The translations under genes were made by a program, and so were the position numbers. Below are positions 24,641-36,612 of a stretch of 64,000 bases of DNA, one piece after another. The DNA is taken from the NCBI GenBank assembly GCA_028534125.1, contig CM052837.1:36580001-36644000 (forward strand), given 5' to 3'. Below the pieces are notes generated by a model. It had not been told where the DNA came from. It did not search any database and saw only the letters and a list, made by a program, of their open reading frames with translations. This DNA comes from Lama glama (lineage: Eukaryota). Each line of letters starts with the position of its first letter. Within the stretch, counting starts at the first letter, position 1.

Positions 24641-24914
24641 CGGCCCTGCGCCCCCCCTGGGGGAGGGGCCGTCTCTTCTCTGCGGGGCTGTCAGGTAAAA
24701 GGTGTTCACGGACCGCGCGTGGAGTCAGGAGCAGCCCCGCAGAGACCCCTCCTGGCCAAGGTGGCCAGGTCTCAGCGGGAGGCTGGAAGGACTGGGGCCC
24801 CCTGCTGCTGGTGCCTTTTCTGGGCACGGGGTGGGGGGGGAGATGTGCTGGGCCCCTGAGCTTGCCCGTGGAGCAGCCGCCTTTGAGCTACTTCTGGTTT
24901 TTCCCTAAAGGCGG

Positions 24915-25197
24915 TTCACACTTTCCCCACTTGCGGGGCTGATAAGTCACGCAGCCGACGGCTGGCAAGGTTTGCTCGTTGATTCAGGGAGGCGAGTATT
25001 TTCCGTGGAGATAAGCCTGTGAAGCCAGGGCTATTTCCCCGCTGGGATAAGCGGCAGTGAGGGCCCTGCAGAGGGCTCGCAGGGCGGAGGGCGGGGCGGG
25101 TGTTTGCGCAGCCCTGCCGTGGCATTCTCCTCTGTTGGTTTTACCCAGGTCTGATAAATGAGCCTGCTCTGGCCAGAGCCTGCTCAGGGGCTTATCT
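24915..25197. promoter_or_regulatory. Candidate GATA-cluster enhancer
   Basis: Five GATAA cores in ~260 bp (24940, 25009, 25045, 25152, 25191), plus FOX and GC-box motifs. Confidence 0.6.
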
Positions 25198-27944
25198 GGC
25201 GGAATAATCCTCTGGCCTTGGCTGGGGAACTAGCACCTCCCTCTCTGCCCCTCTCCTGGCCTCTGTGGGCAGTTTCGGATGGGGGGGAGGGGCTGGAGAT
25301 GGAATCAATTCCCCCCTCCCTCCTGTCACCTTTCTCAGCTCAGCCTGGGGCCACAGTGGGTGAGGAGGCCCCTCTGGGTAGGGACGTCTGTCCTGGGGGC
25401 GAGGGGCCTGTCCACACGGTCGCCCAGCTCCTGCACCCCACTCACTGCCAACCACACGGCCGCACACGTCCCCGGTAGCTGCAGGACGTCACTTCCAGTG
25501 GTTCCCAAGCTCCAGACTGGGACCTGGAGAGATTGTGCTTTTGGGAAGGTCAGCCTGCTTGGATCCACAGACAGACAAACTGGTACCGTTTCTGGCGTAA
25601 CTATAGAGAACTAGAGTCCAGAGAGATGAACTGGCCCGAAGCCGCACAAGGATGTGCAGCCACCTGCAGGCCTGCACTCCATCCCCCACGCCGCCAGGGC
25701 CCTCCTGGGGGAGTCCCAGTGTGCGCGCCGGCCCGGCCTCCTTCCGAGGACTGAGCGCCGTAGGTTGAAGCTGCAGCCCTGGAGGAAGTGAAACACAACC
25801 TTTGACCACTGGCTCTGCTCCGCGGACACCTTCCTCTTGCTCCTGGGTGGAGCAGGGGAGCCGTCCTTCCACCGTCCGCTTCCCAGCTGCGGCCCTGAGC
25901 TGTGTGACCCTGTGGCCACTGGCCAGTTGACCAGGGGACCCTGGAGTCTTTAGGAAGTGAGCTTGGGACCCCCGACCCACCAGTTTTTGAAGGTATGTCT
26001 GTCTGTTGTTTCCTGTCTCAAAAAGAGGCCACCTGGAGCAAAGTCCAGCACTTCCTTCATTTTATTTGTCTCGGGCAAGTCAGGGCACTCCATGAGCCTC
26101 AGTCTCCTCATCTAAGAAGTGGGGTGATAAGCCCAGACTCCCAAGGAGCTCACCCTGGCCTGGCTCGAGGTTCTCACATACATTATCATCTTCATCAAAT
26201 GCTGAGAGCCCAATGGGGACAGCTTTCTCTGTCAGTCCTGGAAACACCCCGGCCAGGAGACCCTTCTGCCCGGTTTTACAGCTGAGGGCCAATGCAGGGC
26301 TCAGCAAGTAAGTGTCAAAAGGCCCTAAGGCCAGTCTGATCCCCAGCCAGGAACTTACCCACCATAGAAGTGTGTCTGTTGGCCTTGCAGAGGAGAGGGC
26401 ATTTGGGCAGGACTTTGAGGTATGAGTAGGAGTTTGTTGAACGAGGTGAGAGGAAAGGGCTTTCGAGGCAGAGGATGCAGACAGACAGCTATCAGCAAGT
26501 GGTTGGAGCTAGGGAGGCTGACGGTGGGAGGACGCCTGGGGGCCACGTGCTCCAGGCAGAGGAGCTGGGATTTTATCTGAAAGACTTGGAAGGAGGAGTC
26601 AGTAAAAAAATTGTTTTTGGTCGAAGCACAGGCCTCCACTGGGTTTCCTTTTGGCCTTTCTTTATTAATTACAAAAGTAATTATGTCCCCAGTAACAACT
26701 TCTGAAAGAAAACCGATGACCTTTTGCCTCCCCCTCCCCACAGGCCCCCCGGAAACCCCAGACCTGCTCTCCCTCCTGACTCACCCACCCCTTTATATAA
26801 ACACTCAGACGTCAGTCTGTGGAAAGGGTCTCCTTTGATTTATTTTGAACAAGTCTGAGTCTCCTGCCATTAATCTCTTCCTGAACAGCCCAGGCTGGGT
26901 CGTCCACACGCGCACGTGTTCTGGGCAGCTACACCGAGTTCCGCAGCGGGACACGTGACGGTGGGCTTCGCTGGTCCCCGGGGCGGACGTTCCGGTGCGG
27001 CCAGGTCGACCTCTCGGCCCGCGCCGACTGCTTGTCGAGCGGCTGCTGCCACGTCTGGGAAGCTTCATAGGTGCCCAGAAGCGGGCTTGCGGGGACAGCC
27101 CTGAGGACGTGCGATTTTGGTAAATGCTGCCAGATCCCCGCTCTAGAAGTGCTGCCGGGCGAGGCCGCCTCATTTTCGAGGCCGGTTTCCTGCCCTCCCC
27201 AGCCGAAGGTGGCAGCTTCACTGTCAGCCCCTTGGGTGGGTGAGGCCATGAGGCTCCGGGCTGCTCTGCCCTCCTCGCCCTGACTGTGAGGAAGCTGGAC
27301 ACCTCCCGCTGTCTGGCAGTGGCCTGGCCACTTGGGGTTCACCTGGGCCTTTCTGATACAAGCTCCTCTGGCCCCTGCTGCCCTGCTGAGCGCCTTTGGG
27401 ACAGACGCCCTGGCCCGGCGAGCAGGCCTGGACTTTGCGCCTGGGCCCAAGGCACCTGGGAGAGGGTGTTTCCCAGCACAGACTGCCCTGACCTTTGGAA
27501 GCACCCCGACTGTGGTCTAGGGGGTGGAGAGCTGGTGGCAGTTGGGGTGCCCTGGGGAGTCAGGTGGTGCATGGCATGGCCAGGAACTGTAGTGACTCAT
27601 GGCTCACCCAGCCATAAAGTCAGGGTGACAGGCTCCCCGGAGCCCTGCGCTGGCCGCACCCCACGCCTCCCCACAGCTGAGCTGAGCAGAGCTCCAACCT
27701 CGCAGGGTGGCTCCCAGACCATCACACCGACCCACTCGTTCCTGCTCTCAGCTATGGCCGGGGAGACTGAGGGCTGGGGTGGGGAGCAGTGTAGTAACTG
27801 CAAGCCCCTGTTTCACAGTGGGTGTGGAGGGGGGCCCAGTGTGGGGTGCCTAGCTCAAGACCGGACATCCAGCCCCCGGCTTCTCATCCCGTCTGCTGCC
27901 CCCACCCCCAGATCCTCTCTCTCCTGCGGGCTGGACTGTGGCTG

Positions 27945-28050
27945 CTCCCTGTTGGCCTCAGGCTAAGCACTGAGCCACTCTGTGCCTCAGTTTCCCCATC
28001 TGCAAAGTGGGGTTTGTCGTGGTCCCTTCCTCACAGGGCTGTTGGGGGAT
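27945..28050 (+). mobile_element. MIR fragment
   Basis: CTCTGTGCCTCAGTTTCCCCATCTGCAAAGTGGGG...CCTCACAGGGCTGTTG. Confidence 0.75.
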
Positions 28051-28359
28051 GGGTGGCTGATGTGCCAGCATAGATCATTGTTTATGGGGTGCTTGTATGC
28101 ACCCCCAGTGAAGGAAGTGTGCTGGGGGGCCCCTCCCGGGCCGGATGGTGGGGTCTCCCAGGGACCAGGCAGGGGTAATGGGAGCTGCCTGCCCAGTGGG
28201 GCCTTTGTAGGACCCCCTCGATGCCCTCCCCAGTATCTGGCTGGGCCAGGGACTGGGCCTCGTGGTTCATAGGGTCTGCCTGGCACGGGGGGTTGGGGGC
28301 AAGACACAGGTGCCCACCGGCCCACCTGCCTGCCCCGCTCACAGCCACCTGAGCAGGCA

Positions 28360-28373
28360 GCGCCCCCTGCTGG
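28360..28373 (-). promoter_or_regulatory. CTCF motif (reverse orientation)
   Basis: Minus strand CCAGCAGGGGGCGC, a full match to CCASYAGRKGGCRS. Confidence 0.7.
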
Positions 28374-29124
28374 TCGCTGCAGCCTTCCACTCACACTGAG
28401 GGGCAGGGGCAGGGGCAGCCCAGCTCCATCTGTAGGGGAGGGGCCGGGGGTGGGGTGCCCAGGCCCAGCTGATTTACTGCAGGCGCTCAGGCTGGGGGTC
28501 CTCCAGGAGCCACCGATGACAGGAGCCTAGAGGGCCCAGGGCTGGGCGAGCTGACGGTGGGTATCCCCCGGTGGGCCCAATCAGGCCTACGTCACAGCTT
28601 CTCCAGGGAGGACTGAGACCTGGGGGGTGCAGAGCACCAAGCTCAGAGGCCTGTGGAGTGTGAGGGGGCACCGAGCGAGACGGGGGCAGGGCTAAGGTCC
28701 AGGGCAGGTGGGCACCGGGGTCCTGGCCTCGCCCCTCCTCTCCGCAGTCCCCTTCCTCCGCCGGACGGCTCGTCCCATGGGGTGTGGGAGTGACGTGGCT
28801 CAGCAGCGACAATCTCTGTACACAGAGCACCTGAAGGGCGGCCCTGGGCCCGAGGTTGGCACCCACCTCTGGCAGTGGGCCTTCCTCCGGAGGGGCGGGT
28901 CCCTTGCTACGCCCGTGCTCTGGACATTCACTGTGCCACGGAACCTTGGGGAAGGCCTGGCTGAACGGCCGACCCCTCAGGTTCAAGGTCAAGGAGACCC
29001 CACCCCTGTTCCTGCCGACCCCACAGGGAACCCTGCAGGGTCTTGGGTGGGAAGCCCTCTTCCCATGGCCCCAGGTCTGCCCTGGCTAGGGGTGGCCACC
29101 TGGACCCTGGAGGGCGGGCAGTGG

Positions 29125-29138
29125 GCGCCCCCTAGTGG
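29125..29138 (-). promoter_or_regulatory. CTCF motif (reverse orientation)
   Basis: Minus strand (CGG)CCACTAGGGGGCGC, a full match to the consensus. Confidence 0.75.
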
Positions 29139-30220
29139 CCGCATGGGAGCAGGAGTGTCGCGGAGAGACGGGAGCACCTCCAGCCCAGGGCTTCAGGGCC
29201 TCCAGCCTCAGTGCAAGTATGAGACCGAATCTCGTCGCCCAGCACCCGAACCCACAGAGATGCAGTTTCTTCTTCAAACGTGTTCAGAAAATGGACGGGC
29301 CGTTAATTCTCATTTCTTGGAGCCTAATTAAATCCAGGCAAAACCGCAGCGTGCTCAGACACAGACGTCCGTTTATTTCACGGGCGACGGGGAGGAGAGA
29401 CTGTGGACGCAGCCGCCCCCGTGGAGGTGTGGGCGTGAGGCCTTGGGGGAGGTCTGAGCTGCCCCGGCTGCCTCGCTCACCTCGAGGTGGGGCTAGCGCT
29501 GGGTCACGGCTCTGCCCTCCTTCTGTCTCCTGCCGCCTGGGGAGGTAGGGACAGGGCCCAGGTCCCGGGCTTCACCCCGCTGTGACAGCACTTTGGGGTT
29601 TGCTGTGGAGCCACCAGCCCAGCACCAGTTCCCCAAAGCCTCTCTGAGTCCCCGCCACCGAGGTGGCTGCAGCGTCAGGCCCCGGGGACAGGTTGGGGCC
29701 GTTGCCCTGTGTGAGCTGCTGCCCCCATGGCTGGGGGTGGGGGTGTGGTTCAAGGAGAAAGATCTTATAGGACTGAACTCCTGGGAGCCGGCCTGCCGGA
29801 GAACAGAACTTACCCAAAGTCACACCACTGAAACACTTCAGTATAAAATCAGAGGCTCAGCGGAATGGAAAGGAGAGCCCCCAGTCTCTCCCCAGCACAG
29901 GAGGGGCTTGAGTTTACGGGAACGGTGGGATTTCAGGGACATGCTATGTGTAAATCAAAGTACACGGGAAGTACACCGCCCCCCTCCGGGGCTCGTCACG
30001 TCACCCTTGGTGTCGCTGTCCTGAAATACCAGCCTGGGGTCGGTCCCTGAGGTGGAGCCCCAGCCCCCCGCTCCTGGCAGGCAGCACTGACCGAGGGTGG
30101 AGGGGACCCTGGAGCCTCCCTGGAGGCTGTGTGGCTGAGGTGGCCAGCACCCCACATAGATGTGATGATTAAAATGCCACATAGACTCATTAACATAAAT
30201 ATGTGATTCTTTAAAGTTAC

Positions 30221-30310
30221 TTATTTTGAAGGAACTGCAGATTCACAGGAAGATGCGGGGACAGTACAGAGGGCCCCACGTGCCCCCGCTCAGCCTCCCC
30301 CGGCGGTCAC
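30221..30310 (-). mobile_element. Short old L1M (MC/ME-like) 3'-end fragment
   Basis: TTATTTTGAAGGAACTGCAGATTCACAGGAAGATGC...AGTACAGAGGGCCCC. Confidence 0.6.
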
Positions 30311-31110
30311 GGCCTCCAGTGGAGCAGAATCACCACTGCCTGGGCCTCAGCGCAGGAACCCCAAGACTGAGCCCGGCTCTGGGGTGCGTGAGGCCTGGGG
30401 GCAGGCCCCCGCCCCCTGCACATCAGGGAAAGCCATTGGGCGCTGCTCGGGGCCGCAGGGGACGTTGCAGTGCTTGACCATGGGTCTGAGAGGCAGCTGT
30501 GTCTTTCTCTCACTGTAGGGGCTGGGAGGTGACAGTGTTTGTGGGCTGGCCCCTGCTCTGTTACCTTGGACAAGGGACCTGCGGGCAGAGCTGTGACATC
30601 CTGCACTAAGGCTGGACAAGGCCTGAGGTCAGCGAGTCCCCCCGGGGTGGGGCTGTGCACCCTGTCCCCCAGAGTGCTCAGGGCCTGCAAGGTGTTGCCC
30701 AGCCCTCAGCCCGATTCCCAGAGCCAGAAGGCCCAGGTGACAGGCCAGGCGGGGATGGGCCTGTGTGGCCTCAGAGCCCGTGCCTTTCAGTCTCCACCCA
30801 GTTCCCTGGGGGTGGGGCGAGGTGGACCCTCCGCCTGGGCTGTTAGGGATTCCCAGGGGGCCCAGGCCTAAGACTCTGAGTCCAGTGGGAGCTGTGTATA
30901 TGAAGTGGTGGCTCAGGGGTCACCGTGGCCGCTTTCCCAGGGGTCAGCCTCTCCTGGACAATCTCTGCATGGCCTTGGGCAAGGCCTCAGTGTTCTCATC
31001 CACAGAATGGGGAGACCGTCGGGATAGCTGGGTCACACGTGGTCCCTGCACTCCAGGGAAAGGAGTCGCGGGGCTGTGATCACAGTGACAGGAGGATGGC
31101 TCGCGCCATT

Positions 31111-31400
31111 GTTCATTCATTTATGATTCATTCATTCATTCACTCCAGACGCATTTCCTGAGGCTGCACAATGAAGAGCACAAGGGCCAGGCCTTGGACA
31201 TCACGGCCATCTGTCCAGTGGGCCCAACGCAGCCCAGTGGTCAGGACAACGCTCTTGAGACAGTGACACACACGCACGTCTGTCTCTCCAGGATGAGCTC
31301 TGAGGGCAGGAGACTGGGTCTCTGGGCTGATGCAGGAGTGAGTGGGGAGAGGAGGAACAGCATCGGGGCAGAGGGAACAGCATGTGAGCGGCTCAGAGCA
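31111..31400 (-). mobile_element. L2 LINE 3' end
   Basis: (TTCA)n tail TTCATTCATTCATTCAC followed by GCATTTCCTGAG, and downstream GGCAGAGGGAACAGCATGTG. Confidence 0.65.
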
Positions 31401-31906
31401 GCTCACACAGGGTCCAGCAGCAAGGGTCCTTCCCCCACTGGCCTGGGGCTGGTCACGCTCTGAGTGTCCCTTCGCTGTCCCCCTCGCCTGGGAGGGCTGA
31501 CCCTCCGCCAGCCTGGCCCCAGCTTTCCTCATGCTCCTCGCGCCAGTCCTTCCAAGACACATTCGGGAGATGCTGGAGGAAGAATAATTTTTTTTCAGCA
31601 AAATATTTTTGTGGAATAAATAAATTTATCTTACGGCGAGAGCCAGGAGAAAACACAGTGTGGGGACGCGGGGCAGGGAGAAGACGTCTTGTTTTATTTG
31701 TGCAAATGTCCGGGGACATCAGGGGCTCTGGGAGCAGGCCAGGTGCAGAGCTGGGGCGCAGTGGCGCCCCCCGCAGCATGTAACCCGACTCTAGGGCCGC
31801 GTCTGACGTCTGATCAGGGAGGCAGCCCGCCCTGTCGTCTGGTGGAGAAAACGGCCCTGGACGACAGACTCTTCTCCGCTGGGATGGGGTGTATTGTGAG
31901 GCTCCA

Positions 31907-31920
31907 CCACTAGGGGGAGC
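31907..31920 (+). promoter_or_regulatory. CTCF motif (forward orientation)
   Basis: CCACTAGGGGGAGC, one mismatch to the consensus. Confidence 0.6.
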
Positions 31921-33669
31921 CCCGAGGTCTTGCCTCGGATGGGGGCGGTCAAGCGTCTGCACACGAGTGTGTGTACGTGTGTCTCTGTGAGTGCAGGAGT
32001 GTCCTACAGGGTAAGCGTGTGACAGTGCATCTGTGCATGAAGGTCTTGTCCACATGTGATGTGTGAGCTGGCGTCTGCATGCACAGCGGCGGGTTCGGAG
32101 CCGCGACTCCCTTGCAAGACCAGAAGCTCTGGCTCTCTGAGTAGCTGGCGTGTCACGAGGCATCTTGGCTTCTTATGCTGCAAAGTGGGAACCCCCATCC
32201 CGATCTGGGTGGGAACCAGCCTTGAGCAGTGGACACAGCTGCCCGCCTGCTGGCTGCTGGCCCCAGGACCAGAATCTCCTCTCTGACTCTGTGCGACCCC
32301 AGCACCCTTTGGACACCCCCAGAGGTTTGTGAGCAGCAACCTGGGTGGGGGTCTTGGGTGCAAGGGGTGGGTTGCAGGGTGTCTGACCAAGAGTAGCCCA
32401 GCAGGCCCTGCCCTCCTGGTCTGGGGCTCTGGAACCCTCAGCTGCTGGCCTGTGAGGCCCCGAGGGCAGATCGCAGGGTCTGCTGTGGTGGGAGCCCCAC
32501 CCTCCTGGGGAGCAGGCGGCCCCGGCCAGTCGGCTCAGCCCACGGCCACGCCACACTTGGCGGGGACTTCTGTCGGTGCGCCACCAGCTCTCCCGCTGTG
32601 TGCACTGGAGCCCCGGACACTGGGCGCAGCTGCCCCGCTGCCCTCCTGGCTGGAAGGCCCTTGCAGATGGAGAGGATCTGCACAGCGAGGACCCCGCTGG
32701 CCACCAACCCCACGCCGACTTCACAGCCTTGCCCTGGCACGCCCGCCCTGACTGGTCCTCCAGGTTCCTGGGCTCTCTGCCACGGTCCCTCTACCTCCCA
32801 GAGCGTGTGTGGAGCAGCGGGACGCACACCCGGGGTCTGAGCACAGGTCGGGTGGGGACGCTGCCGGATGGCGGCCCAGCACGGCCTCCCGGTGGGCACG
32901 CATCCCCCGTGTGTGTGGAGCTGGGACACAGAGGGGTGGCCTGCGTGAGCCTCAGCCCTGCGTGCAGGGAGGAGGGAGGAGCCTGTCCTCCTGCTGGGGC
33001 CGTGTGCTCAGAGCCTGGATGCAGCAGGCCCTTGGTAAAGACCTGGCTGCGCGACTGGGGCCGAGCCCCGCGGCGGGGAGGCTGCGACTCGCGGCAGGTC
33101 ACTTGGTGGGCCCTCTAGGCGCTGTGGCCACGTGGCCCAGTGCTTGGGGCCAGGCTGCCTCTGGTCAACTCCAGATCCTGGTGTGTGAAGTGAAGTAATA
33201 ATCGCCTGGGGGGAGGCAGGTCGGTCAGGTAGGTGGGCCCTCAGTGACCCTCAAGTCCCCTGCCACTCGCCCCAAAGAACCCCCCTGTCCGGCTCAGCCT
33301 TGCCTGCTGCCCCTTCCCCAGCACACCAAGCTGGATGCCCCTGGGGCCCTCGGAGGAGCCCAGGACAGACCCTGGGTAGGTGAGATGGACAAGTTCCTGT
33401 CATGGATGCGTGTTTCTTAGAGGACTTTCTGATGGGAATATTTTTAAGCTAAAAATATCCAAACCCACCAGGCTCTCCACGCTATGGAGGGTGATTTGCA
33501 CATTCACCTCCAGGTGCTGCCAAAATCCTGGAGGATGCCCAGCTGGGGTGCCCCAGCTGCCTCCCCCAGCTCCCAACAACCCCCAGGGCCACCAGCCTTG
33601 GTGGGTGACCCCCTCAGCAGACGTGGGTGCACTGCATCCTGGATGCCACTGCAGGGCTGCCACCAAGCT

Positions 33670-33780
33670 TGTTCCTGCTCCAGGGCCTTTGCACCTGCTC
33701 TTCCCTCCATCTGGAATGTTTGATACCCAGATGTCCTGGTTCTCCTCTCAGTGTCTCCTCATCAGAGACCTCACAAACCC
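33670..33780 (+). mobile_element. L2 fragment
   Basis: CCAGGGCCTTTGCACCTGCTCTTCCCTCCATCTGGAATG. Confidence 0.65.
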
Positions 33781-36467
33781 TGGATGGGGCAGTGACCTCA
33801 GGGTGCCGTGGGGGCAGCCTCTGTCAGCAGGCTCCTTGGCCTCTGGGTCTCTCGCCCCTCTGATAACAAAGGAGTCAGGCAGGCGACACAGAGGCAGGAG
33901 CCACTCTGTGGCTTGATGGGCTGAGCGTCCTCTCCGTGGAGGTGGGAGAGTGCTGTGGGAAAGGGGCCTGAGCCACCTTTCTCACTCCTGGGTGGCCTGG
34001 GCACGCACAGGGGCCCAGGCATACCTGGGATGCCGGGTGGACATGGGTGCGAGGAGCTGCTGGCTCCCTGAGGGTCTGGGAAAGAGGTTCCTGGCCTCCC
34101 AATCAGGTTTGTGTCACGGGGGCCAAAGAGGCCCTTTCTCGGCCCCATGAGACTTGCTGTCTGCGTCCCGTGAAGGGGAGAGGGGACACCTGCCCTCCTC
34201 ACTGCCAGCCTTAGTCCCACGCCCGCCCTTTGGAGGTCCCAGAGCTGCCCACCTGCCCCCTAGCCCACCAACCTGCCTGGCGACTTTGGTGTCCTCTGGG
34301 CTCGGGGCGAAGACAGGCTCTTCCTCCAGGTCAGTCTCAGCTCCCTACCTGAGAGGGCCCCCAAATGACCTCATGCAGCAGAGGGACACAGGCTGGGGAG
34401 AAGGGACCTGCCCTGGTCTCTCAGGGCCTCTTTCGAACAGGTACTGGGCACACCCAAATACCCGCTGTGCCTGCTCCACCCACCCCGAGGTGGGTCAGGC
34501 CTGGGGAGGGTGTCACAGGCAATGCCGGGGGGCCACGTGCCCCTCATCAGTCCTCAGGTTTCCTGAGTCCTCACCCGGGACTGGCGGGGTGGGGCTACAG
34601 CCCCCTGTATATTTTGGGCAGAGAGGTGGGGTCATGGCCCCCGATCAGATAGGCATCATTCCCAGCCGAGCTGCAGGGTGGTAACCCCCTCTTTCTCCAG
34701 GACCTACTCAGAGTGATGCCAGGGGCAGTGCTGGGCTGCCCCTCGAGGGGCAGGGGGGACCATGAGCTCTGCCCTGGGGCACCCAGTAAAGGCCCAGAGG
34801 CTGCTCTTGGCCGAGGGTTCCCAGAGTCCTCTGAAGCGGGGGCTTGGCCTGAGCGCCCCCCACCTCCCCGGGGAGCGGGTGAGGCCCTCGGAGCGCTGGG
34901 CGAGCGCTGGGCCCCGCTGCACCTCCAGGGGACGCCCGGCCACAGGGCTTGCTGGCGGCAGCTCCGGACACGGCCCTGCCAGGCTGGACGAGGACTTCTT
35001 GACACAGCAATTCCCAGGCCAAGCCCGCGTCTGCGTCTGCGGCTCCACACAGACCGGCCGCAGCTCCTGTCATCAGCAAACCGCCCGAGGGTGGAGGTGC
35101 TGCCGGTGAGGGTCACCTCCGCGGCCCCGGGGTGTTAGATTCCCCCGGGAACGGGCTGGCGCCCACGCCCTGCAGAGCTGGGCTGTAAATGGGCCGGCTG
35201 CGCGTGGTCTCCTGGCCCCACGTGCCCCGGACAGGCCTGGAGACGAGACCAGGGCTCACCCCGGGGGCAGACGCAGGACGGGGGGCTCAGCTGCTGGCCT
35301 GCTGCTCCGCCTGGCCTGGCTGTGTGGGGCCGCCCGGCAGGGAGGCCTCCTGGGCCCTGAGCCGGCTCTGACAGTCCCCTCCGCCTCGCCCATTTCACGT
35401 GGGTTTGGCCTCGGGGGAGACAAGCCAGGGATACTCCGCTTCAGAAAACACTGCCCTAACAGCCGGTTCCCAGGGTCACCAAATAGCACCCCTGGGAGTC
35501 TAGCCCCAGAGTGGCCCAAGGAGGTGCATGGACTCGTGCAGACTGACCTCCCCTCCCTCGGCCCAGGGGGCGCCTGGCGCCTGCAGACGTAAGTGTCTCA
35601 GGGTCGGGCCTTCTGGCCTGAACCCTTGGACCGCCTGCGCGCTCTGACCGCCTGTGTCCTCTGTTGCCCCACTCGGAAACAGACCTACTGCTGCGGTTAG
35701 AGCAGCGTGATGGTTCTCCGGGGACCACAGAGGTGAGTGCGCTTCTCAGCCCATCATGTCCCTGTGGTCAACGGGGCCCATCCCCGGGGACGCCGACCTT
35801 GGCCCCCACCCCGCCCCCACCCAACTGAAGTCCTGGTTGTTGGACGTCTCCACCACCAAGTCCCTTCCCCCTCCTTCCAAGCAGCACCGTGAGGCGGAGG
35901 CTGCCCTGCTCTGCCCTCGCTGTGGGAGCTCTGCACCTTGGAAGGTGGGAGTACGACCAAGTAGGCGGGGGTCCTGGGCCTTCTCTCCTCCCTGCCAGTT
36001 TCAACCCCACTTTACGTTTGGTGTGTTGTTTTTGTAAAAACACTGAAGGAAGTTCGCAAGCCGTGGGAAATGGGGGCCAAGGGCGTGCTCTGGCGCTGGG
36101 GTTCCGTCTGGTCGCTGCGTTGGCTGGGCCCTGGGCGCATTCTGGTGGCCTCTTGGGAAGCACTGAGATCTGACCATAGGAGTGGGACCACATTGATGGG
36201 GAAAACATTAAGCTGATGGACTGGTTCTCAGCCAATCAGTGGAGAAGCGGGTGTCTAAATGGAAGAGGAAGGGGTCCAGTGGGTGTGTGTGACCCCAAAA
36301 GAAATGAAGACAGGGCTACCGCAGGCCAAGGATGCTGCCTGTCCGAGGAAGGGGGCCTCCGTCTCCTATGCTTTAGACCGAAGGCAGAGGAAAAGCCCTC
36401 TGCTCCAGGACCCTGCTAACGCTTGCTCAGCTCAAGTTCAATTCGGGAATAAAGGACCTGTTAGTGT

Positions 36468-36612
36468 GGAGATGGTGGATGCCAGCACTCATGCCCCAGT
36501 GCTCCTCCTGTGCCCCTGTCAGACATCACTAATCAATCACTGCCCTCTATGGCTGAGCCCAGATGCAGCCTCAGAATCCTTCTGGACACAGCCGTCCAGC
36601 AAGCCACTAGAA
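36468..36612. mobile_element. hAT-Charlie non-autonomous element (MER102-like)
   Basis: CAGACATCACTAATCAATCAC...GAGCCCAGATGCAGCCTCAGAATCCTTCT...CAAGCCACTA; resembles the recalled MER102 core. Confidence 0.55.
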
